Virus record (IMG/VR): IMGVR_UViG_3300043399_000700
Strand: one strand, 5' to 3'
Length of the DNA stretch: 64,000 nucleotides
Source: a virus
Taxonomy: Duplodnaviria; Heunggongvirae; Uroviricota; Caudoviricetes
The notes below the pieces were generated by a model. That model made no database searches. It saw nothing but the letters and a program-made list of their open reading frames with translations, and had not been told where the DNA came from. This document shows, piece by piece, positions 56,615 through 64,000 of this stretch. The position numbers and the translations under genes are program-made. Every line of letters starts with the position of its first letter. Positions within the stretch are counted from its first letter, which is position 1.

Positions 56615-56931
56615 TTACACTAACCGAAAAGGCAGCAATGAAGGTAAAGGTTCAATTAATGAACCGTGATCGAGGATACGGAATCCGTATTGGTGTGCGA
56701 ACAACCGGATGTTCTGGCATGGCCTATTTGCTAGAGTATGTAGATCAAGTTGACCCAAATGACTTGTGTTTCTGGAATCATGGTGTTAACATATACGTTA
56801 ACCCTCAGCACTTGCCATACTTAGATGGGCTAGTAATGGACTGGAAACGCGAAGGATTAAACGAAGGCTTTGCTTTTGAAAATCCCAATGTGCGTGATGA
56901 ATGTGGATGCGGTAGCAGCTTCACCGTTTAA
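56611..56931 (+). CDS. iscA: A-type Fe-S carrier, IscA-like
   Basis: [23 protein letters not shown]...[26 protein letters not shown] closely matches IscA. Confidence 0.8.
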
Positions 56932-56998
56932 AATCCTAAAGCAAAAAAATCTAAGGTTTTTTCTGCTAATGGATAAATAAAGCAGTGGAGGAAACTAT

Positions 56999-57607
56999 AT
57001 GTTTTTATACGAAACAAAAGAAACAAAAGAGTATTCGAGAAAAAGTAAGTACGGTAAGTTAATGTCGTACATCCGTTCAAAAACGCTCACCCACTGGGAA
57101 TGCGATAAGTGTGGCACAGAGTTTACAAAAGTAAGAAACGGCAAGTACGATACTACTGCGAAATCTTTTTGTAGCAAGTGTATATCTAAAATAGGGCTGC
57201 ATAAACTAGCAAACGAGGCTAGCTATGATAAAAAAGTTAAAAGCACCCTTAGTAAACGCTCTGGGCAAGTAATAATTGCAAAAGACGGGTACCCGGAGGT
57301 GTATATTGGCAAGGATTACCCATACCGTAACGGGGGTTACACTTGTATCCGTGAACATGTGTTTGTAATGGAAACTTTCTTAGAGCGTAGACTTACTAAG
57401 GGTGAGATCGTGCATCATATCGACGGTAATAAAAGAAATAATCATCTTAGTAACTTGTTCTTAACTACGGTTGCAGAACACAACAAGTTACATGCTGAGT
57501 CCGAAAGTATCATTTTTGAACTAGTTAAGATGGGAGTGGTAGAATTCAATAGAGATACTGGTAGATACCAGTTACAGAAAGAAAAAATTGTACAATCACA
57601 AATTTGA
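56999..57607 (+). CDS. HNH homing endonuclease
   Basis: IVHHIDGNKRNNHLSNLFLTTVAEHNKLH HNH core. N-terminal CDKCG...CSKC zinc ribbon. Confidence 0.75.
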   Translation: MFLYETKETKEYSRKSKYGKLMSYIRSKTLTHWECDKCGTEFTKVRNGKYDTTAKSFCSKCISKIGLHKLANEASYDKKVKSTLSKRSGQVIIAKDGYPEVYIGKDYPYRNGGYTCIREHVFVMETFLERRLTKGEIVHHIDGNKRNNHLSNLFLTTVAEHNKLHAESESIIFELVKMGVVEFNRDTGRYQLQKEKIVQSQI

Positions 57608-58301
57608 CTACCAACCACTAAGCAGGGAAACCGTTGGCGGACAGCGTCTTTATGCTACACCCGACGGTCTTAGGTTACCTAGCGTAACTACTATTTTAGA
57701 TCGCACTAAACCCGAAGAGAAAAAGAAAGCCTTAAATGAGTGGCGCAAGCGTGTAGGTGTAGAAAAGGCACAGCAAATTACCACTGAGGCTGCAAACCGC
57801 GGCACTCGTATGCACAGTTACTTAGAACATTATGTGCTTACAGGCGAATTAAAAGAACGTGGGTCGAATCCCTTTTCGTGGCCTAGTCACGCTATGGCTC
57901 AAGAAGTTATTAATAAAGGTCTTGTTAAAGTTGACGAGTTCTGGGGCGTAGAAATCCCACTTTATTTTCCTGGCATTTACGCTGGAACAACTGATGGTGC
58001 TGGCATTCATTTAAATGAACAGGCTATATTAGACTACAAGCAAACAAATAAGCCTAAAAAGAAAGAATGGATTGAAGATTATTTCATGCAATTGTGCGCT
58101 TATGCTGAAGCACACAATGAAGTCTATGGCACTAATATTCGCAAAGGCGTGATATTAATGTGTGTTAAACCTGATGTTGATGCTGAATTTAATATTCTTA
58201 AAGATCCTGAATACCAAGAGTTTGTGCTCGAGGGCGCAGAATACGAAAAATACCGCAGCATGTGGTGGGACCGCGTCGAACAATACTATCTATCAATCTA
58301 G
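57588..58301 (+). CDS. PD-(D/E)XK superfamily nuclease-like protein
   Basis: GTTDGAGIH...AILDYKQ fits motif II D and motif III (D/E)-x-K. 237 aa. Confidence 0.4.
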   Translation: MYNHKFDYQPLSRETVGGQRLYATPDGLRLPSVTTILDRTKPEEKKKALNEWRKRVGVEKAQQITTEAANRGTRMHSYLEHYVLTGELKERGSNPFSWPSHAMAQEVINKGLVKVDEFWGVEIPLYFPGIYAGTTDGAGIHLNEQAILDYKQTNKPKKKEWIEDYFMQLCAYAEAHNEVYGTNIRKGVILMCVKPDVDAEFNILKDPEYQEFVLEGAEYEKYRSMWWDRVEQYYLSI

Positions 58302-58327
58302 GTAAATACGTGATCGGAGATAGATAG

Positions 58328-59902
58328 ATGGCTATTGTACAGATTTCACGTATTACACAGCGCAAAGGCTTAGCAGAAAACCTACCACAGCTAGCCGGTG
58401 GCGAGCTAGGTTGGGCAATCGACGACCGCAGACTATACATTGGTAATGGCACACTCGCTGAGGGTGCGCCAATGATTGGCAACACAGAAGTTTTAACAGA
58501 ATATTCCGATATTCTTGCGTTATCGAGCTCATACACATACAAAGGTGATGCTGCTGGGTACACAGTAGAAACAGGTCCAACAGCCAGTGATCCGGTTACT
58601 CGAACACTACAAGCAGTTTTTGATGATTATGCGTCGATCAAAGACTTTGGTGCTGTAGGTGATGGTGAAACCGACGACACCGCAGCAATTAATCGCGCAT
58701 TATACCAACTATACTGCCGTGATACTAATACTGCAATTCGTCGTAGTTTATTTTTCCCAGCGGGCACATATCGTATTACAGATACATTACTAATTCCACC
58801 TTATGCCTGTTTAATTGGTGAGGGTGCTGACAGTTCGATTATTGTATTAGACGCTGGGTCAGCGGCTGAATATGTTCTTCGTACCACAGATAGTTTACAA
58901 CAAACCGGAGAGAACATTGGTAGCAACGGTGCAGTTGTTCCTCAGTTAGTTAACTTATCTAACATGGCTTTTTCAACCGAAAAAGTCAGTGACATTTTTC
59001 TATTAGAAGATGTTGTACAAGTGCGCACACAAAATTGTAACTTTTATGGTCCTTATACAACAACAACATTAACTTCAGCAGCCGACGATGTTGCATGCGT
59101 TCGCTATAAGAGCAATGCGTTTGTGACCAGTGATGTTATATTTGATGGTTGCCACTTTTATAAAATGATTTACGCCACTTCTTGCGATTTACAAATCCAA
59201 GGCGTGGTATTCACTAATTCAAAATTTAGCACATTATATCAAGGCGTGGTACTTGGCACAGGCACCGTTGTCAATGGTGGCCCAGTGGGTCTAAGAGTTA
59301 CACAAAGTTTATTTGATAATATTGCGTATGAAGGTATTATTTTCGGCAATGTTCAACTTAATGTGTCGGGATACAATATTTTCTTAGACGTGGGCAACGA
59401 ATTCCAAGGTGCAGGTTCTCCATCGTCGTCGGTTATTGAAATTCAAAACAACAATAATGTATCTGTTGGTGATATGTTCGAGCGTAGTAGCGCGGACAAT
59501 ATTGCTGTACCACGCATTAATCTTAATAACCAACAAGCATTTGCACTAGACAACGGCGAACGTTATAAGTTTGGTAGTTATAACCGAGAAGCTGGCGGCA
59601 GCCAATTCTTATACGATGCTGCTGTTGACACAGAAATTTTCAGCGTAAACTCAAATCAAGTCAATAATGCTTTTATTATGGAATATCGTTTTCAAAGTTC
59701 AATAACAAACTATATTCGTTATGGCCGCATGACTGTTGTTGGCACAGATGGTGCAGGTGTGCTATCGTTTAACGACGACTATACCGAAAACGGTACTGCT
59801 GGAATCACACTTATTCCGAGCATAAGTGGTGCTAACATTGTTATAAGTTATACTGCACCTGCAGACGAAGGTTATTTCTCTTGGTCATTGAGTCACTTCT
59901 AA
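58328..59902 (+). CDS. Tailspike / polysaccharide depolymerase with a pectate-lyase-type beta-helix
   Basis: DFGAVGDGETDDTAAINRAL is the hallmark N-cap of pectate-lyase-3 / tailspike beta-helices. Followed by repetitive beta-strand-rich sequence. 524 aa. Confidence 0.7.
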   Translation: MAIVQISRITQRKGLAENLPQLAGGELGWAIDDRRLYIGNGTLAEGAPMIGNTEVLTEYSDILALSSSYTYKGDAAGYTVETGPTASDPVTRTLQAVFDDYASIKDFGAVGDGETDDTAAINRALYQLYCRDTNTAIRRSLFFPAGTYRITDTLLIPPYACLIGEGADSSIIVLDAGSAAEYVLRTTDSLQQTGENIGSNGAVVPQLVNLSNMAFSTEKVSDIFLLEDVVQVRTQNCNFYGPYTTTTLTSAADDVACVRYKSNAFVTSDVIFDGCHFYKMIYATSCDLQIQGVVFTNSKFSTLYQGVVLGTGTVVNGGPVGLRVTQSLFDNIAYEGIIFGNVQLNVSGYNIFLDVGNEFQGAGSPSSSVIEIQNNNNVSVGDMFERSSADNIAVPRINLNNQQAFALDNGERYKFGSYNREAGGSQFLYDAAVDTEIFSVNSNQVNNAFIMEYRFQSSITNYIRYGRMTVVGTDGAGVLSFNDDYTENGTAGITLIPSISGANIVISYTAPADEGYFSWSLSHF

Positions 59903-59914
59903 TACGGGATTAAC

Positions 59915-60346
59915 GTGTGGCCGCAAAGCTATGAAGAACGTTTGGCTGCTTGGTGCCAACTTAGAGAAACAAACCAAACCAACGATTTAGAAACTGCACT
60001 CCTAGCAGTCAATGACTGGTGGCAGCAAGCCCCTATATCCAATTATTACTTGCATTGGGATGATCGCCGTAATTGGCCCGATCCTTGGGATCTTTTGGCT
60101 GACAACATTTACTGCAGTCTTGCAAAAGCACTAGGAATAGTTTATACTATTCACTTAATAGAACGTCCAGATATTCAAGATATGCAATTAGCACAGAGCC
60201 AAGATGGTAATGACAATTTAGTCCTGATCAACCAGGGAAAATATATATTGAATTGGGCCTGGGGCGAGATGTTAAATATCAGTTCAGAACATATCAGTAT
60301 TCGACGAACATTAGAAGCAAACGTAGTAACAAAAAATATACATTGA
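59915..60346 (+). CDS. Hypothetical protein
   Basis: 143-aa ORF directly upstream of nrdA. Confidence 0.4.
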   Translation: MWPQSYEERLAAWCQLRETNQTNDLETALLAVNDWWQQAPISNYYLHWDDRRNWPDPWDLLADNIYCSLAKALGIVYTIHLIERPDIQDMQLAQSQDGNDNLVLINQGKYILNWAWGEMLNISSEHISIRRTLEANVVTKNIH

Positions 60347-60353
60347 GGTAGCG

Positions 60354-62663
60354 ATGACACAAATATTAATTACCAAGCGTGGTGGACGCAAGGAGCCGCT
60401 TGATTTAGAAAAATTGCACAAAGTAGTATTTTGGGCCACTGAAGGAATAACTGGTGTAAGTGCAAGCCAAGTAGAAATTAAAAGCCATATTCAGTTTTAC
60501 CCAGGAATTACCACAGCAGACATTCAAGAAACATTGATCAAAAGTGCTGCTGATTTAATTTCAGAAGAAACACCGAATTATCAGTATGTTGCTGGACGAC
60601 TAGTAACATATCATTTACGCAAACAAGTCTATGGTAAGTTTCAACCTTGCCACATCTTAGAACTTGTTAAGAAAAATGTTGCAGCAGGTTTTTACGACAA
60701 GGAATTGCTAGAAGCATATTCAGAAGATGAGTGGGATCGCATTAACAGTTTTATTCGCCACGATCGTGACGAACAATTAACTTATGCTGCTATGGAACAG
60801 TTCCGCGGCAAGTACCTAGTACAAAACCGTGTGACCAAAGAAATCTTTGAAACACCGCAGGTTGCTTATGCGCTAATTGCTGCTACCTTATTCCAAAGTT
60901 ATCCACGTGAATCACGCATGATGTGGGTACGTGATTATTACGATGCTGTAAGCACACATCAGATCTCATTACCGACTCCAGTTATGGCAGGTGTGCGCAC
61001 ACCACAGCGTCAATTTAGTTCTTGTGTGTTAATTGAAACAGACGATAGCCTAGATTCAATTAATGCCACTGCTGCCAGCATTGTAAAATATGTTAGTCAG
61101 AAAGCAGGCATCGGCCTAGGCGCTGGACGTATTCGCGCACTAGGATCACCAATTCGCAACGGCGATGCTTATCACACAGGTGTAGTTCCTTTTTACAAGT
61201 TGTTCCAAGCCGCTACACGTAGTTGTTCACAAGGCGGTGTGCGCAATGGCGCTGCTACATTGTATTTCCCATTATGGCACTATGAAATTGAAGACCTAAT
61301 GGTTCTAAAGAACAACAAGGGCACCGAAGACAATCGTGTACGCCACATGGACTATGGTGTGCAGTTCAATAAACTAATGTATGAACGCTTACTAACCGGC
61401 GGCGACATTACACTATTCAGCCCACATGATGTTCCTGAAATGTACGAAGCATTTTTTGCTGATCAAGATCGTTTTAAAGAACTTTACGAAAAGGCAGAAA
61501 AGAACTCTAAGTTACGTAAGAAAACTGTCAAGGCCATTGACTTGTTCTCAGCATTTATGCAAGAGCGCAAAGACACAGGCCGCATTTACTTACAAAACGT
61601 TGACCATGCCAACACACACGGTTCGTTCAAGCCCGAAGTTGCACCAATCAAGCAGTCAAATCTTTGCTGCGAAATCGACTTGCCAACCAAGCCGCTAAAC
61701 GATATTCACGATGTTGAGGGCGAAATTGCTTTATGTACTCTAAGTGCCATTAACTGGGGTGTGTTCAAAGATCCTGAGGACATGGAAAAAGCATGTATCC
61801 TTGCAGTACGTGGTTTAGACGAACTACTAACATATCAAAGTTATCCTATCCTAGCAGCAGAGATTGCCACACGCAATCGCCGTCCGTTGGGCGTTGGTAT
61901 TATTAATTTTGCCTACTGGTTAGCCAAGAATGATCTGAGTTATAGTGATCCAGCAGCCTTAGAAGTCACAGACCGTTGGGCACAACACTGGTCATACTAC
62001 CTAATCAAAGCATCAGCAGACCTGGCCCGAGAAAAGGGCAAGTGCCCATTAAACGAACAAACCAAGTATGGTGATGGTATTCTTCCTGTAGACACATACA
62101 AGCGCGAAGTTGATGAACTTGTACCACACTCCGATGTAGTTGACTGGGTAGGACTACGTGAGCAACTAAAGGCCACAGGCATTCGCAACTCAACACTAAT
62201 GGCTCTAATGCCAGCAGAAACTTCGGCGCAGATCTCAAACTCAACTAATGGTGTTGAGCCGCCGCGCAGTTATGTTTCAATTAAGCAGTCTAAGGACGGC
62301 GTGCTCAAGCAAGTTGTTCCTGAGTTCCGTAAACTAAAGAACAAGTACGAACTACTGTGGAATCAAAAGTCACCTGAAGGTTATTTAAAACTAATGGCAA
62401 TCTTACAAAAGTACGTGGACCAAGGTATTTCGGTTAACACCAGTTACAACCCACAGTTCTTTGAAGATGAAAAGATTCCAATGAGTGAAATGCTCAAGCA
62501 CATGATTATGTTTTATAAGTATGGCGGCAAACAACTTTATTACTTTAATACCTATGATGGTTCGGGTGAATTAGATGTTGATCGCCTCGCAGGTAAAACA
62601 GTATTAGTTGAGTCTGTTCAACAACCAATTGAAGACGATGACTGCGAAAGTTGTAAAATCTAA
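60354..62663 (+). CDS. nrdA: Ribonucleoside-diphosphate reductase alpha subunit (class Ia NrdA)
   Basis: N-terminal ATP-cone-like segment. Active-site block SNLCCEI, a C-terminal CESCKI Cys pair and a Tyr-Tyr in YYFNTYD. 769 aa. Confidence 0.9.
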   Translation: MTQILITKRGGRKEPLDLEKLHKVVFWATEGITGVSASQVEIKSHIQFYPGITTADIQETLIKSAADLISEETPNYQYVAGRLVTYHLRKQVYGKFQPCHILELVKKNVAAGFYDKELLEAYSEDEWDRINSFIRHDRDEQLTYAAMEQFRGKYLVQNRVTKEIFETPQVAYALIAATLFQSYPRESRMMWVRDYYDAVSTHQISLPTPVMAGVRTPQRQFSSCVLIETDDSLDSINATAASIVKYVSQKAGIGLGAGRIRALGSPIRNGDAYHTGVVPFYKLFQAATRSCSQGGVRNGAATLYFPLWHYEIEDLMVLKNNKGTEDNRVRHMDYGVQFNKLMYERLLTGGDITLFSPHDVPEMYEAFFADQDRFKELYEKAEKNSKLRKKTVKAIDLFSAFMQERKDTGRIYLQNVDHANTHGSFKPEVAPIKQSNLCCEIDLPTKPLNDIHDVEGEIALCTLSAINWGVFKDPEDMEKACILAVRGLDELLTYQSYPILAAEIATRNRRPLGVGIINFAYWLAKNDLSYSDPAALEVTDRWAQHWSYYLIKASADLAREKGKCPLNEQTKYGDGILPVDTYKREVDELVPHSDVVDWVGLREQLKATGIRNSTLMALMPAETSAQISNSTNGVEPPRSYVSIKQSKDGVLKQVVPEFRKLKNKYELLWNQKSPEGYLKLMAILQKYVDQGISVNTSYNPQFFEDEKIPMSEMLKHMIMFYKYGGKQLYYFNTYDGSGELDVDRLAGKTVLVESVQQPIEDDDCESCKI

Positions 62664-62677
62664 CTATTGAGAAAACA

Positions 62678-63805
62678 ATGAGCGTTTTAAATTTAAAAAA
62701 GAATCGTGATCACACAAAAGCCACTGCCTTCCTGGATAAAGAAGGCAGCGTTGGCATGCAACGTTATGAAACAATGAAGTACAAGCAGTTTGACAAACTA
62801 ACTGACAAACAACTTGGCTTTTTTTGGCGTCCTGAGGAAGTTGATCTTGGACACGATAGCAAAGACTTTAAAGACCTAACACCGTACGAACAACATATCT
62901 TTACGTCAAACCTCAAGCGTCAAATTTTGTTAGACTCTGTGCAAGGTCGTAGTCCCAACCTAGCTTTTCTTCCAATGGTATCGCTACCTGAACTAGAAAC
63001 ATGGATTGAAACTTGGGCGTTTAACGAAACTATCCACAGTCGCAGTTACACACATATCATTCGTAACGTTTATCCTGACCCATCGAAGATCTTCGACGAA
63101 ATGTTAGACGTTGAGGAAATCGTTAATTGTGCACGTGACATTACCAAGTACTACGATGACTTAATCGAGTACTATGATTTTTATAAAGTATTAGGCCCCG
63201 GTAATCACACAGTCAATGGCAAGAATATCAGTATCAGTGAATACGATCTCAAGCGTAGACTATGGATGGCTGTTAACTCTGTAAACGCACTTGAAGGCAT
63301 TCGCTTTTACGTTTCGTTTGCTTGTTCATGGGCTTTTGCTGAACTCAAGAAGATGGAAGGCAACGCTAAGATTATTAAACTAATCTGCCGCGACGAAAAC
63401 CTACACTTAGCATTCACACAAAGTCTAATTAAGATCCTACCCAAGGATGATCCAGACTTTGCAAAAATTCAAGAAGAAACACGCAGCGAGTGTGCTGCTA
63501 TGTTTGAAGCAGCAGTTGAACAAGAAAAGGCCTGGGCACATTATTTGTTCAAAGATGGGTCAATGATCGGTCTTAACGAGCAATTGCTTTGCGACTATAT
63601 TGAATGGATCGCTCATAAGCGTATGAACGCAATAAGCCTGCCACACAAGTACAAAGGCGGTTCGGATCCGTTACCTTGGGCTGCAAAATGGATTGCTGGT
63701 GCAGAAGTACAAGTTGCACCACAAGAAACGGAAATTTCGTCTTATATCATTGGTGGCACCAAGCAAGACGTAGATTCAAACACATTCTCTGGACTAAGTT
63801 TATAA
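62678..63805 (+). CDS. nrdB: Ribonucleoside-diphosphate reductase beta subunit (NrdB)
   Basis: Di-iron ligand blocks NETIHSRSY and CRDENLH. 375 aa immediately after nrdA. Confidence 0.9.
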   Translation: MSVLNLKKNRDHTKATAFLDKEGSVGMQRYETMKYKQFDKLTDKQLGFFWRPEEVDLGHDSKDFKDLTPYEQHIFTSNLKRQILLDSVQGRSPNLAFLPMVSLPELETWIETWAFNETIHSRSYTHIIRNVYPDPSKIFDEMLDVEEIVNCARDITKYYDDLIEYYDFYKVLGPGNHTVNGKNISISEYDLKRRLWMAVNSVNALEGIRFYVSFACSWAFAELKKMEGNAKIIKLICRDENLHLAFTQSLIKILPKDDPDFAKIQEETRSECAAMFEAAVEQEKAWAHYLFKDGSMIGLNEQLLCDYIEWIAHKRMNAISLPHKYKGGSDPLPWAAKWIAGAEVQVAPQETEISSYIIGGTKQDVDSNTFSGLSL

Positions 63806-64000
63806 TGCTAACTGTTTACTCTAAGACACAATGTCCAAATTGTGTCCATGCTAAGAATTTCCTCACTGCCAAAGGCATTGAGTTTGAAGAAAAGAATATC
63901 GAAACTGACTACGAAGCACGTGAGTTTATTCTTGAAGAAGGGCATCGTAGTGTTCCGCAGATCTATTTAGGTGATAGATTATTTGTCGAAGGTGGCTGGG
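63805..64000 (+). CDS. Glutaredoxin/NrdH-like redoxin (partial, runs off the right edge)
   Basis: MLTVYSKTQCPNCVHAKNFLTAKGIEFEEKNI with a CPNC active site. TAATG overlap with nrdB. Confidence 0.7.
   Translation, partial: MLTVYSKTQCPNCVHAKNFLTAKGIEFEEKNIETDYEAREFILEEGHRSVPQIYLGDRLFVEGGW

Noticed and set aside
1-64000. CRISPR arrays, tRNA/rRNA genes, integrase or transposase
   Set aside because: I found no direct-repeat/spacer periodicity, no cloverleaf-like or rRNA-like segments, and no recombinase motifs. The tRNA scan by eye is not exhaustive, though, and the 120-bp non-coding stretch at 37398-37520 would merit a tRNAscan run.

Overview
The window reads as one contiguous piece of a large, virulent, tailed dsDNA phage genome (myovirus-like, roughly 42-43% GC). 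Coding density is high, almost everything is on the + strand, and adjacent genes often share ATGA/TAATG start/stop overlaps. I found no rRNA, tRNA or CRISPR array, and I could not scan exhaustively for tRNAs by eye.

Recognisable T4-type core genes:
- contractile tail sheath (gp18-like, 4979-8302) and tail tube (8392-9009)
- large terminase subunit (19190-20761)
- gp32-type ssDNA-binding protein (22781-23785)
- UvsX recombinase (24641-25705) and UvsW-like SF2 helicase (37583-39052)
- zinc-finger/TOPRIM primase (44839-45828) and DnaB-family helicase (46527-47921)
- DexA-like 3'-5' exonuclease and dNMP kinase
- class Ia ribonucleotide reductase NrdA/NrdB plus a partial glutaredoxin at the right edge

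Gene order is not T4-like, so this looks like a distinct lineage that shares T4-type replication and recombination enzymes.

Accessory content:
- four HNH homing-endonuclease-like genes, three of them antisense
- a secreted staphylococcal-nuclease-like gene next to a tail-fibre-like gene
- a beta-helix tailspike/depolymerase (58328-59902)
- a type IV prepilin-like gene
- a 5 kb sugar-nucleotide / multi-glycosyltransferase block (27457-32213)
- three paralogous SGNH-like hydrolases
- two radical-SAM enzymes
- a host-like Fe-S assembly trio: IscU, an ErpA-like carrier and IscA (55912-56931)
- a 615-aa protein that fuses a Pol-beta-type nucleotidyltransferase motif to a ligase-like KxDG motif

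Regulatory signals read directly from the sequence:
- a family of near-perfect sigma70 promoters (TTGAC[CT]-N17-TATAAT, mostly with the extended TTTGCTATAAT), including three tandem copies in a 600-bp early region (32870-33443) that drive tiny ORFs
- terminator-then-promoter units
- at least three strong rho-independent terminators

All functional calls rest on motif and family recognition by eye; no database search was run.
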